Positions 47,500 through 61,099 of a stretch of DNA of 64,000 nt are shown here, piece by piece; the stretch's first letter is position 1, and every line of letters starts with the position of its first letter. The notes under the pieces were generated by a model. That model was not told the origin of the DNA. It worked only from the letters and a program-made list of their open reading frames with translations, and made no database searches. The DNA lies in NCBI RefSeq assembly GCF_001194135.2, contig NC_068986.1, positions 64,816,247-64,880,246 of the forward strand, given 5' to 3'. The position numbers and the translations under genes are program-made. This DNA comes from Octopus bimaculoides. Its lineage: Eukaryota.

Positions 47500-50400
47500 A
47501 ATATATATATATACACACACACACACTCACTCACATTTTTTTCCTCATGAAAGACTTTATTTCATCTCAATCTGCCACACTTCATCATTATTTCTCTCGA
47601 GTCTTCCATATATATCAAATCACCTTTTCAGATTTCTCTCATCCCTCCTACTGTACAATAATCTACCAACTTACAAATCTGTGTAAATAAAGCAAGAGAT
47701 AAAAAAAAAAGTTGAATTTTAATACTTCTGATACACATTCACTTATATTTCCACATGCACATGTTAAATTTTTTTTCTGTACTTTCTAATGTTTCTGTCA
47801 TTCAAAGCTCTTTCATGTTTACTTTTTTTTTTAATGATTATTCTGTTTTGCTTCCATACAGAAAAATAATTTGTAGCATCTATGTTTAAAAGAGATAAGA
47901 CAAATCTACAAAAAAAATCTGTGATATTCTCTCAGTTCCTGCCATATTGACTTTTTCTACAATATCATTCCATTTCTTGTAGGTTTTTGTTGATACAATC
48001 TACTCCCACTTCCTCATAATGTCTTACTAAAAGGCAGGGGATAAAGGTTATAGTTCATCTTCATAATTTTTAACTGGACTATGTCTTTAGTATGTGTATG
48101 TTTTACAGTTCAGCAGTTGTAAATTTTTAAATTATGAACTTTGTGTTTATTATTATGAAGGCTTCCTCATATAAATTTAATATCTGCATTTACATGTGTA
48201 CACACACACAGAAACACACAAACGCGCACACACACACACACACACACACAGATAAAATAGGTTGCTGTAAATGGTTAGGTCTATAACTTCTTTTGGCTAA
48301 GGGTCACTTTGAAAACTGGTGAAGAATGGTTAGAAGCAAAGCAGACCACACTGGTTCTCTATGACTCATACTAATCAGACAACTTAATGACTCACCAGTC
48401 TTAGTTTATGTTGCTATATGTTGTCTTCTATTATGTGACTGCAGTGGAAGCAAGAAACGATTTAAGAATTGCTAAAGGCATCAACTAGCAAGTTAAAACT
48501 GTCAGATTTACTGGTCACAAGCACAATTTATATTAGTTTGAAGAATTAGTAAGCCCTATAGAGTGAAGCTAAGCTGTTGAGGAATTGAGGCTGCAGAAGT
48601 TCTGATTCCCAGCTGTAGTCATTTTCACTCCCAATCTTAATTCCTAGAGTCGCTAACCACTGGGTATAGCTTCACTGTTATCAGTTTATGATGTAATCGA
48701 AACCTTCTAAAGGGAAGTAATTGCAGCTTACTGACTAGGTAGTTACCCCCCCTAACTGTCTACGTTTTCCACCAGCAATGTTTTTAATTCACTGAGATAA
48801 ATTATTTTCGTTTTGTATATTTTTCTTGTTCTGGTTTTTGTTGATCCCTTTGTTTTTTGCCCTTTTCTCGTTTAAGAGTAAGTAAAATCATTTGCTGCGA
48901 TTTTGTAGAAATATTTCACACATGTGAATTTATGAAAGAATCTTTATTGTTTTTTTTACAAAAAAAAAAAAGAAAAAATTTTGCAGCCAACAGTTTTACT
49001 TTAAGAACCACATGGTAGCTTCCTAGTTTTACTTTATGTAATTGTTATATTGAAGGAAATGCTTCAACTCGGATTATTCATTTAAAAGAAAATTCTTTGT
49101 AGAAATAAGGATTTTGGTAAGTCATTCACATTGTGACTAACTGAGCTAAAGCTTTTGTTTCATCAGCATCATGAAGTAAGGTGCATTGTTTTCCAAGAAC
49201 TTTGGAAATTTAGTGATGTAATAAATTAGTATCTAATTTGATCTCAGTTCACTGGGGGAGTGCAAAATCATTGCACTTACATTGGATTCTTGATTGAGTT
49301 GAAAATCTAATTGTTCAAGGGAAGAAGAACACTCAGCTCTTTAAGGTCCAATATGTTTCTTATTTTATTGATGCCTATTAAGATCCAATTGGTCTTAGAC
49401 TTCTTTAACTGTAGATAGACTAAACCCAAATTCTGTACAGCATATTGTTTCACCATCTTCATAACAGTCAATATTGAAATATTTACTGGCTGCAAAAAGA
49501 AATGATTGTGACACATTTGACAGTTTTATATTTCATCCTTCTACATTTTAAGTTCAAATCCTGCTAGAGCAATTTGACCAGTGTCATGAAAACCATCAGT
49601 AATATACTGGAGTTCATTCATCTTGTTTGAAATCTATGTACATATTAAACAGAACTTAATATTAAGTAGTCAGTGAGATATTCAGTAATATGTCTTGCAA
49701 TATGTAATGTAATATGTAATGTATATCATATGATGTATATACATACATATATGTGTATCATATGATATATGTATGAGATATAAAATGTATATGAAATGTG
49801 TATACTTGTAAGATATTTTCATATTTTTTGCATGCTGCACTGCTTGAAATAATACCTTTAAGACCATATTGTAAATAAACTATCTTTTAAACTAATTTTT
49901 TTTTTTTTGTATATAACCAATGATTTTAATCTCCATAATATGGAGAACTCTGTGCCTCAGTCTGATTTTCTTCTGTTTTTTTTTGTACACTGACCTTAAT
50001 TTTGCACATGGAAAAGAAAAATAAATTTTATTCATCCCTTGACAACTAGTGCATTAATTTTTTTCCTTTTAAACTTACTGCTGTCTTTTAGTATCCTGTC
50101 ATTGGTGGGTGAGTAGATCTATGATCAAAAATATTCCATCTCTTACCATCTGTATCTTTTTTTTACTTTCAGAATTAGTATGTCTAGGATGACATTATCA
50201 AATTTCTTTCCTTTATTATGTAACTCACTTCACCCAGTTGCCAGGAATGCATAGCTACAAGATCTGAGAATGTTATCTGCTAGAAATAGCAGCCAAATCA
50301 CAGAAAGAACATATTTTGGGTAGCATGTTCCTAGATCTACAATGAACACAACTGGCCCTTTTTTTTTTAATCATACACTTGCCCAGTCAAGACTGATCTA

Positions 50401-51290
50401 GAGTTGAGCAGTAACATGTTCTCTCAAATTCCACATAGCTTTGACAATTTAGTAAAGTGATTCACTAGGTTCAAGTTAGTGTTATATCTAAATACAATTA
50501 GAAATGTGAGATAAATCTAGGACTGAATCAAGGACCTTTTAATCTTACAACTGTTTATGCTTTGCAATATCTATATCACTTTCTTCTCTATCCTTCTCGT
50601 ATTCGTATAGATACTGATCGATGACTTCAATGGCATATCCATAAATATTCATAGTTAGCATTCACTGGATTAAAATAAAAGTGTATATGGTGTATTGTAT
50701 AATGTTTAGTTGATAATGTCAACTTAAGGAGTAAGAGTTCATATCCCTTCATAGATATTTTGTGTTGGTTTTAAAAGCATTTAACTCTCAGCAATCCAGC
50801 TCAGTCTAGCTCTATGATCATATGTAGGGGTTTTAGTTCATAATTAAGCTGTCTTACATATATGCTGTGAGAAAGCAAAATTTCAGAATGTAATTGAGCT
50901 GACAAAAATTTCAAATACTACAGGGTGTATAAAGTTAAAAACAAAATGTACCAAGCGTACTTAATTCTTCGTTTCCCGTGTTCAAACCCTAACAATATTG
51001 GGTATTTAGTATGAGGAATGGCATTCATATATGTTACTCCTCCTGCATTAATTTCTGTCATCATCAACATTATTCCTGTTATTGTTATTTATTTTTTTTC
51101 TTCTGATGTCATTTGTTAAGATAAGTTTGCAGTGCAGTGTTTCTCTAATTCTCTCAATCCTGAAAATCTGAGATTGAAGCATGTCATTTTCATTTTTGTT
51201 GTTTTATTGTCTCTGCAGCTACCTTCCACATTTCTCATTTCCCCATGTTCCATGACATCACGTCAATGTATAGAAAAAGAAAATCATCAT

Positions 51291-51648
51291 AGGCGCAAGT
51301 GTGGCTGTGTGGTAAGAAGCTTGCTTCCCAACTTCATGGTTCTGGGTTCAGTCCCACTGTGACACCCTGGGCTTCTTCTGCTACAGCCTTGGGTCAACCA
51401 AAGCCTTGTGAGTGGATTTGGTAGAGAGAAACTGAAAAGAAGCCCGTCGTGTATATATGTGTGTGCATGTTAACCTCACCATCGCTTGACAACTGATGTT
51501 GGTGTGTTTACGTTCCTGTAACTTAGCAGTTCGGCAAAGGAGACTGGTAGAATAAGTACCATGCTTACAACGAATAAGTCCTGGGGTTGATCTCTTTGAC
51601 TAAAAGGCAGTACTCCAGCATGGCTACAGTCAAATGACTGAAACCAGA
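51291..51648 (+). mobile_element. Family A SINE
   Basis: gtggctgtgtggtaagaagcttgcttccc..gaaactgaaaagaagcccgtcg..ccagcatggctacagtc. Confidence 0.8.
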
Positions 51649-54384
51649 ATGCCCATCCAGTTAAAAAAAAAATACAAAACTGGTTGTATTAAAATGTTTC
51701 ACTTTTAGTGCTCTTTCTCTCTCTCTCTCTCTTTGATATATTGTATAAATATATTATCAGTTGGTTAAAAACAAATAACACAAATCTATATATTGTAATA
51801 ATTTTATATATTGTGCATAGCATGTATCAAAGTTCAAGAGAGGTAAGCTATTGGCAAACCAAAACGGCTAATACTATCCAATTTCAATCTAGTTGAAAGT
51901 AATTTCATTTCCAAACTGTGCTAATGTTCGGGTTAAGACAACACCACTACAATCCCCTTTTATAATCGATATAAGGTAATATCTTTATCTCTGTTGATAT
52001 ATAATTCAAGGTGGTTTGAATAGTCGGATAGAAATTGATATTTTATATACTAAATGGTGTGTTCCAAATGGCAAAAGAGAAATTCTTGTCATTTCCTCAC
52101 TGGAATTTTTTTCATTTTGCTTACTTTGTTAAGAGAAGGGCATTGAAACATCTTAATCTGTCATTATTAATATTGATGGACTCAGAGTATATAATTATTT
52201 TGTGTCACTGTCCTACTGTCCCAAATGGGGTCGAATTTATATTTCATCTATTATGAGATCAATATCCCCAGGTCAGATCTGAGTCCAATGATGAAGGCAA
52301 GTTAGATGCAACTATCTACATCTCCCCCAGCCCTAGGAAGTGTATCTAGAGCTATATTAGGACAATTTGGTAAGGATTGAACAAGATTAAGCTGCTAATT
52401 TTTGCACTTCGCTCGACCACAGAGCTAATTCGATGGTAAATTGGTATTGCAAATGTTCTGTTATAAAAATTGAACTGTGTGTCTTGTCAAGAAGTTTAAT
52501 CTGTAAATATTTATCCCATTGGGAAATACGTGGTTATCACAACTCACCAGTTTCTATGCTGTCTTGACCTCTATTGCCCAAAGTCTACTTAAATATTGAT
52601 CCTGTAATATAATATAATTAACTTTCTTTCAAACCTTTCCATTTCTGTTATATATTATCAAATTTTGTACATTGTTTCCTCGTGAGTTAGAAATAAACTA
52701 TAAAAAAAAAATGAAAAGACAAAAACGTCTTGTGTTATTTTATAAATGTAAGTAAAATAGTGGTGACTCACTACAATGCATTGCAGTGGTTTTCATCAGT
52801 CTCTTAAAATGAAATTAAATGATGCAAGTTTTTACTAATAAATAATTTATGAAAATGATGAATGTGAGCTCTCCAAAAGTGGAGATCATTTCAATCCCAG
52901 TTTCAGTTCAGGATTAATGGTAGATCGGTAGAAACAGTTGACCAGTGAACAAAATCGTTTGCAGTCTTTAGCTACATTCTCCGAGTTCAATTTCTACCAA
53001 GGTCAATTTTGTTTTACATCTTCCCAGATTCAGGGGTGTGTGGAAAAAAACAAAAATCAAACAATGTGCCAGTCAAGTACCTGGGGTCGATTCAAAAGAT
53101 TATTGAAAGATTTTTTTTTTACCATTTATATCATTTATTTATATTATATCTTACAAGCACAGAAAGTAAACATTTGTATAACTGAAGGGGGGAAATATTT
53201 GAAAATTCTAGCCTGTGATGAAATTACTATTTATCGTGAGGCACTTAATTTTCTAAAACCTCCCGTAGCACACGTATGCGTGTATATATGCATATATAGA
53301 TGTGAATGAATATATATGCATGTATAATCTCATTAAATATAAGTAAAAATGCTGGAATGTAGACGTCATAATATTCTTCAGTTAAGAGCTGGATATTCCT
53401 TCAATTTTCCTTTTTTTTTACTTCTACAAAAACAATTTTATTCTTTGATGGCTTGCCATAATGTCTTTCAATCCATCTTTTTTGTTGATTGCTAAATCAG
53501 AATGGTGATAAATCTTGCTCTTATTCTGTTTGAATTGTGATTCAAGTGTTCCTGTCAGTTTTTATATTAGATTTTGTTTTTTAAATTTTGTTTCTACCTT
53601 TATGTAGTTAAACTAGTCAAACATTTATGTATTTGTGTTAGTATGTTTTTGTTTGAAATGTCTAAATCTAATGATTTATTGAAAATTTAGATGATTTAAT
53701 AATTACATTTATAATACATGATACATATATAATACAAAACCAAAGAAAGCACAAACCTGAATGAAGAAAGAAAGAAGAAAAAAGAAACTAATATCAATTG
53801 CATGTATGTACGTATGTATACATACCTGTATAAATATATCGCTTAATTGCTATTGGTATGTTTACGTGTATATATTTATTATGTCAACTAAAGCAACTAC
53901 CATTTGTTGAATAATATATTTATAAACGAAGGGATGTCACTCTAAGTTTATTAGGTATTTTTTTCTTCCTGAAACACTTATAAAATATAGGTGAGAATAT
54001 TCAACGGAAGCAGAAATTATGTGAAAGTTAATGTAGACAAAAAAATTATATTCACTAGCAATTTCTACGTCTTCTTTTATTTTTTTATATATCTACGTTG
54101 TTTCCCTGTATGTACACAATTTATGAACAGAGTAATGTCCTCCTAATTCCAATGTATAATTTATTTTGTTGCTGGATTCGGAGAAAAGGGTTGGATCTTT
54201 GAAGGCGCTCCGAGTGCAATCAGATCGATGCTGTTAATACTGCATTTAAATTGCGACAAGTCGACATCTTCAGGAAAGATATGAGCAGGAGTGTGGAGGG
54301 GCATGTCATTGAGAGAAAGGAGTTAGTTTGGTGGTTTACGATAAGGAAGTCTCTTCTCGTCTAGAAGCATAACTTCTTTTTACA

Positions 54385-54740
54385 TTTTACTTGTTTTAGT
54401 CAATTGGCTGCGGCCATGCTGGGGTACCGCCATGATGGGTTTTTAATCGAACAAATCGACCCTAAGGCTTTTTTTTTTAAGCTTAGTATTTATTCTATCA
54501 GTTTTTTTTTTTTTTGTCAAACCGCTAACTTACAGTGACACAAACACACCAACACCGGTTGTCAAGTGGTGGTAGGGGAACACACGCACACACACACGCA
54601 CACGCACACGCACACACATGACAGGCTTTCAATTTCTGTCTCCCAAATTCACCCACAGGGCTTTGGGCGGCTCGAGGCTCTAGTAGAAGACACTTGCCCA
54701 AGGTCACACGCAGTGAGACTGAACCCGGAACCGTGCCTGT
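54385..54740 (-). mobile_element. Family A SINE, 5'-truncated
   Basis: Reverse complement ggttccgggttcagtctcactgcgtgtgaccttgggcaagtgtcttct (CORE-like). Confidence 0.75.
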
Positions 54741-56099
54741 AGAAATAATATAAATTGAAACATATCCAGCTATTAACTTCAAAGGAAAATAGAATATAGT
54801 AAATAAAAATAAAACCGAATTTAAATAAATGTAAAAATGGGTTATAAGGTGAATAGGAAGAATATGTGATCGAGAACGTGAAATTCGAATGCCTTAATTT
54901 GAGGTACCAGGTGCAATAACCATTCATAACTGCCGGCCTGCGGCATTGAGGACTGTTTTGAACTTGTCACTTGTTCCCATGTACACTATAGAGACCTACA
55001 TATACTCATCTGTATACATGCAATATTGATATTTCGTGTGCATTTTAGCAAGTACCTTCGCCTGTGAAGGTAGAAAGAAATTGATTTTGTGTGACAATTT
55101 AATAAATTTTCAAGATCAATAGCTTTTCCACAGTGCAAAGATTACTAAAACATTTGATTTATCACTTAATAATAAAACTTATATTATTAGTTACAATGAC
55201 CGTAATTGAGTTACATGTTTTGTTTCCATTGTATTTCAGAATATTGTAAAGTCGGCCCTGAAATTGGTTTGTGACCACACTCATATAATCAGTATCATTT
55301 CGGTTAATATTTCTTGACAGTAACTGCGTGCGCGCGTGCAGATACACACACACACACGCACAGAGTTGAGTAGTATAATTTTTGTTATGACCAGTCAGAA
55401 AGTTGTCATTGGTCTCATTTCGACTGTTGCACTAGGCAATATAGGTTGCACATAACCTCTTTACTTATGGACAACTGACTGATTATATATATATACATAT
55501 ATATGTAGGTGTATATAAGTATATACACGCACATATATATGTATACAAATACACTACACACACACACATATAGTAAAATAAGGATTCAGATAGGTATTTG
55601 AAAATATATGCACCAGGTAGGGTTGGATAAACCTGTGGTTCCAGCCTACGGTTGGTAAATATCAAATAGGATATTCCAGGTATATACACAGAGAAAACCA
55701 AACCTGTGAGTATTTAGCACCTAAGGGTGTCTGAGACAAGTCGTAAATCCCCTTGGTGTATTATAATCAAATGATGGATAATTGTCAGCTCATTACTGCT
55801 GTTTCTTACGCATCTTTTTAATAGAAGAATGAGAACATTACTCCATTACAAAAAAACCGTGATCATCAGATGAAACGTATTTTACAAACAAAAGAATATC
55901 CCAAGAATACAGCAGGGATGTGGCTGAAATCTGTCAAGGCCGACTATGAAATGGAAAAATGACCAACAAAGTGGGCCGTTGAGAAGTTAAGAATATAGTT
56001 CTTGAAAGTGTGTAATATAATATCTACGGTCAGTGACCTGGGTGAGATAGGAGTCTGCTAGACTGGTTCTTAGGTAGGCTGGAGTGGGGTGTAGGTGAT

Positions 56100-56496
56100 A
56101 TTTTACTATTGTAGGCTTAGAGCAGTGGGAAGCAAGGAGAGGTTCTAATATAAATGAAGGATAAAAAAAAAAGAAAGAATAAATAAAGCAAAAGTAAGGC
56201 TGAAGAAAAATAAAAGCATACAATTCAATTAGTATAGGGTCGGGGTTTAGGATTCGCTAGCTAAGGCTAAAAGACAAAGGGTGGGAGGCAGAGATACACA
56301 GAATTTAGGGATATTCTGTGGATATTAGTTGAAAGTTGGGGAGGGTACGAAGGCAATAGAATAATAAGATCTAACTTTTATGGAGTTGTAGAGTTAGTAA
56401 TAGTAGAGTACTACTTATCATTAAGGAGTTTAAAGAAGAATGAGATTATATAATAAACTACACCTAGTACGGAGTTAGTGGAAATACCAGATCGGA
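56100..56496 (+). repeat. Left arm of long inverted repeat
   Basis: Reverse complement of 58865-59233; outer 227 bp identical, inner part diverged with a 28-bp length difference. Confidence 0.93.
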
Positions 56497-57389
56497 AAGC
56501 CGGGAGTAGTCTAATGATTAACAATATGGAATGTTATGCAGGTCGCGTTGAAATTATTTAATTAGATAGTATAATCACCTTTGTTTGAATCAGGTAAAGC
56601 AACTCCAGACAATAGTCACGGATAAGAGGTTTGGATAGTGTGTTCTATCTATTATTTAACAAGCACAGCACAAATAACTATCTTGGTGTAAGGGTTACTT
56701 ACCTAGTAGAATTCGGAAAGAACCGCTTAGGGTGTGCAGGCTACTAATTCTAGGTTAGATATCTTTGCTATCGCTATTGCATGATACCGGGTACCCCACA
56801 GAATGATTACTTCTTACAATATAGCATACCATAACATGCAGGTGTATTAAAAGTGGTTAGAAGGTAATGGTAAAGGAAAACGTGACTAAAAAGACTCAGA
56901 AACAAATAGGTAGCTCGATCGACTATTGGGTCAGCAATAGAGGGAGTAAATTAGATTGGCCCTAGGTTAGGAGCTATTATAGAGGTTATTTAATGTCTTT
57001 AAAATATTCAAATGTGCGGGTAGTCTTATGTATACAGGAAAGACGAAGGTCTAGTTTATTATTTAGTAGATTTTCACTTAAAAATTTCAAACAGCTTCAT
57101 GCAGCAAATCTGCTGTATAAGTACGAGGATCTAGTGTTTCTCATTCGCAAAATGAGCCCCACTTAATTTTGCTCAGATTGCTTTCAGTTTTGGTGTATCG
57201 ATGCAACTCTGAATTTTGATTACGATCAACTTTATCTCGTAAATTAAAGAATCTGATGTTATTTGGAATTTGAGTTGGGAAATTTGGGTAATTTTAGCCA
57301 ATCAACAGACAACGTGGCATTAGCAGCTTGTTATCATGACAACCGCACGCTGTGTCATGGTTCGCTGTTGTCTATGTTGATTTTTCACG

Positions 57390-57427
<38 letters not shown>

Positions 57428-57458
57428 TACTACTACTACTGTAATAATTATTATTATT
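57390..57458. repeat. (ATT)n/(ACT)n microsatellite
   Basis: Direct reading. Confidence 0.95.
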
Positions 57459-58004
57459 GAGTGAGAGAGCAGTGCATGTCATCAAAGTGATACTGGGGTA
57501 AAATATACGAAGTCCATTATACCCATCATGACTACCCATCTGATAACAGTACACCAGGCACATGCATCACAGCCATATGTGCATGACATGGTGATCTCAT
57601 ATCAAGATAAATAGCACATGACCTTGCAGGTGGGGCCCAGTTAGAATTTTCTTCAGGTCGAGTAGCCGATCCCGCTCAAATGGTCCTCGAATAAGGGTTG
57701 TTTAAGGATGTTGAACGAAACACCCATGTTTCCAGAAGTGAATTATTCAAACCCCAAAGAATTCCTCTCAACACATGCTATGATGCTCACCCACTACTTC
57801 TGCTCGTGATCAGTGATGCGTATATCGCCAGCGACCGAAGGACATGCTCAACTGATTAAGGCCAAACAACTGTCAAGCAAATCTGTGGTATCGAACAGAA
57901 TGTTTGCTGTAGCCCATCTTTCATACCAATGTACATGCTAACACTTCCAGTCGGTTAAGATGAGAAGCCATGAGAGTCACTGCCTGGTACTGCATCGGGA
58001 CATC
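57459..58004 (-). mobile_element. Unclassified interspersed repeat flanked on both sides by (ATT)n
   Basis: Higher-complexity 546-bp block; on the minus strand it ends ctctcactc followed by (AAT)n. Confidence 0.5.
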
Positions 58005-58069
<65 letters not shown>

Positions 58070-58096
58070 GTTATTGTTGTTGTTGTTGTTGTTGTT
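58005..58096. repeat. (ATT)n(GTT)n microsatellite
   Basis: Direct reading. Confidence 0.95.
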
Positions 58097-58880
58097 TTCA
58101 TATACTATTTCCTGTTCATATCTTGCGTTAGAAAGAGTTGAATTGTAAAAGTGAGAGTACGAATTGTAAATATCTTCATTCGCCAAAAGCTGAGTAATTC
58201 TACGTGAAATACCTTTAGCTAAAGAATTAATTAATTAACGTTATTAATTAACGGGTTAGGGTGATTGAAAAATCTGCAAACATATTTAGTGATTTCATCT
58301 GGTTTTCTGTAGGGATTGTATAATCCAGATTTTATATTTAACGGACGTCTAAGAAATTAACTATTTTAGTAGCTAGTTTGAAAGTTAAGTCCAGGTTAAA
58401 GTTGCGGAAGAATTTCCTATATTCTTTTTTCTTTTTTTTTTTACGAGTTCATTCAAGTGAGTATGACAAAGAGAGTGTCGTCCCTATATAGACCACCATG
58501 AAGATCTGGAAACTCGTTCGCTAGGCAATACAAAAGGTAGATTCCTACAATGTCGGTTATCTGGGCCGAGTCGCTCGACCCCATGGCTACATTAAAATTG
58601 TCAGGGGTGTCGCTTCTCGTCCACAGTCTACCTTCAAATTCAATTATAGTTCTTCAAGCTAATAGAATAATTTCAATCGTATCTTTAGTAATGGGTACAT
58701 AAATTAGGGCCTTATTTAGGAGTATGGGGGATATACTTGAATAGTATGCACTTATATCACAATTGGAGGAACGAGTAGTTACATCTATTCTGTAATGATG
58801 TAAACTAGGTTATGACTTTCTCAGTGTTTAATTTTTGAAGTAAGTTTAGGTATGAGCTTTGATATCCGATTTGGTATTTC
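58094..58880 (-). mobile_element. Penelope-like element RT remnant (Neptune-like)
   Basis: DISAYYSSISPILLNKAL..FNVAMGSSDSAQITDIVGIYLL..GGLYRDD (58477-58488)..IVNFLDV..YNPYRKP..NHP..GISRRI..FYNSTLSNARY. Confidence 0.88.
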
Positions 58881-59233
58881 CACTAACTCCATACTAGGTG
58901 TAGCATATTATATAATCTCTAGAACTCTACTATTACTAACTCAACAATTCCATAACAGTTAGATCTTATTATTCGATTGCCTTCGTACCCTCCTCAACTT
59001 TCATCCAATATCCACAGAATATCCCTAAATTCTGTGTATCTCTGCCTCCCACCCTTTGTCTTTTAGCCTTAGCTAGCGAATCCTAAACCCCGACCCTATA
59101 CTAATTGAATTGTATGCTTTTATTTTTCTTCAGCCTTACTTTTGCTTTATTTATTCTTTCTTTTTTTTTTATCCTTCATTTATATTAGAACCTCTCCTTG
59201 CTTCCCACTGCTCTAAGCCTACAATAGTAAAAT
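58865..59233 (-). repeat. Right arm of long inverted repeat (runs into gap)
   Basis: Reverse complement of 56100-56496. Confidence 0.93.
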
Positions 59234-59941
59234 NNNNNNNNNNNNNNNNNNNNNNNNNNNNNNNNNNNNNNNNNNNNNNNNNNNNNNNNNNNNNNNNNNN
59301 NNNNNNNNNNNNNNNNNNNNNNNNNNNNNNNNNNNNNNNNNNNNNNNNNNNNNNNNNNNNNNNNNNNNNNNNNNNNNNNNNNNNNNNNNNNNNNNNNNNN
59401 NNNNNNNNNNNNNNNNNNNNNNNNNNNNNNNNNNNNNNNNNNNNNNNNNNNNNNNNNNNNNNNNNNNNNNNNNNNNNNNNNNNNNNNNNNNNNNNNNNNN
59501 NNNNNNNNNNNNNNNNNNNNNNNNNNNNNNNNNNNNNNNNNNNNNNNNNNNNNNNNNNNNNNNNNNNNNNNNNNNNNNNNNNNNNNNNNNNNNNNNNNNN
59601 NNNNNNNNNNNNNNNNNNNNNNNNNNNNNNNNNNNNNNNNNNNNNNNNNNNNNNNNNNNNNNNNNNNNNNNNNNNNNNNNNNNNNNNNNNNNNNNNNNNN
59701 NNNNNNNNNNNNNNNNNNNNNNNNNNNNNNNNNNNNNNNNNNNNNNNNNNNNNNNNNNNNNNNNNNNNNNNNNNNNNNNNNNNNNNNNNNNNNNNNNNNN
59801 NNNNNNNNNNNNNNNNNNNNNNNNNNNNNNNNNNNNNNNNNNNNNNNNNNNNNNNNNNNNNNNNNNNNNNNNNNNNNNNNNNNNNNNNNNNNNNNNNNNN
59901 NNNNNNNNNNNNNNNNNNNNNNNNNNNNNNNNNNNNNNNNN
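59234..59941. other. Assembly gap
   Basis: Run of N, followed by (CA)n to about 60000. Confidence 1.
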
Positions 59942-60000
<59 letters not shown>

Positions 60001-61099
60001 TATACACACACATACATGTGTGTGTGTGTGCGTGTGTGCGTGTGTGTGTATGTAGATGTAGCTTCTGTTGGTTGGACATACATTTTGAGAGTCATAATTG
60101 CATTTCTGTGGTCTAAGGATTTAAATTCTAATTATTTTATTATTGTTTATGTGTTTATCTGTGTTGACGGAGCCTGTTTACTCAAAGTAAATTTTGACGA
60201 AGCAGTTTACTATAGGTAAATTTGGCTTTCAGAATTTTTACTGTACTTATGTCCTGTTGGAAAATGTTATATTGCATGATCTTTGTAGTTCTCTATACCC
60301 CTACCCCGCTGTCAATTATTTTAAATGTTTTTTTTTTATATGCCAACATACTGTTTTATATGTTCGCTATTGTTTTGAATAATGCCTCATCAAACAAGAT
60401 TGTCGTTATTCAAGTGTAGACTAGTTATTAGAGTTTTAAATGTTTTCATTGGACTGTTTGAATTGTTATCGATATATAATATTAAATCATTTGGTTTAAT
60501 GAACGCTTGCAGTTTTCTGTTGTTAATGTTTGAAGCTAAGAACAAGCATGTTTTAAGTTTTGTACTTGTAACTTTTAAGCTAAAGTAACTGAAAAGTTTA
60601 TATACACTTCCTAAACGAGCCTGCTTGCTGCTCATTAATATTTCTGGTGATCAATAGACCATCATCTTTATAAATTCTTTAATTAATTGTGGTGAAAGCA
60701 TTGTGAATTAGATTGGACATCTTCACAGAATACTAGGCATCCATCCTCATATCAAAGAGATTTCGATTATAAATTTCCATCCATATGCTGCTGTTAGAAA
60801 GTTGATCAGTTTTCTGGTATCAATTATTATCATTTGTCTGTTTTCATCAATCGAGTTTTACGCAACCACCATCCTCAGTGATGGGTAGTAATGAACTATA
60901 TTGAATCAAGTAAATGTATATTGTTGCTTATCTCAGATGTATGTAAACTAACTTATAAATCATACGCTATTATTTTAAAGTGTCAATCTAGGTTTTTTTT
61001 TTTGGATACTATTACTGATTCTTTCTAATTGAGTTTTGATTATTTTTTCCTAATTTGACTTTTATTTGGTCAATAAATCTACTTTGTGGGATTATAAAG

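Noticed and set aside
55324-55350. Alternating purine-pyrimidine (Z-DNA-prone) tract
   Set aside because: It is the degenerate edge of a (CA)n repeat; such tracts are ubiquitous here.
55856-55880. CTGATGA on the minus strand near the PLE arm as a hammerhead
   Set aside because: No stem II or GAAA at a suitable distance.
57120-57390. Mariner MITE (TACGAGG start) or RFX X-box promoter (GTTATCATGACAAC with CCAAT)
   Set aside because: No matching second TIR and no gene nearby; left unclassified.
59110-60219. 274-369 aa ORFs
   Set aside because: Mostly N gap plus (CA)n.
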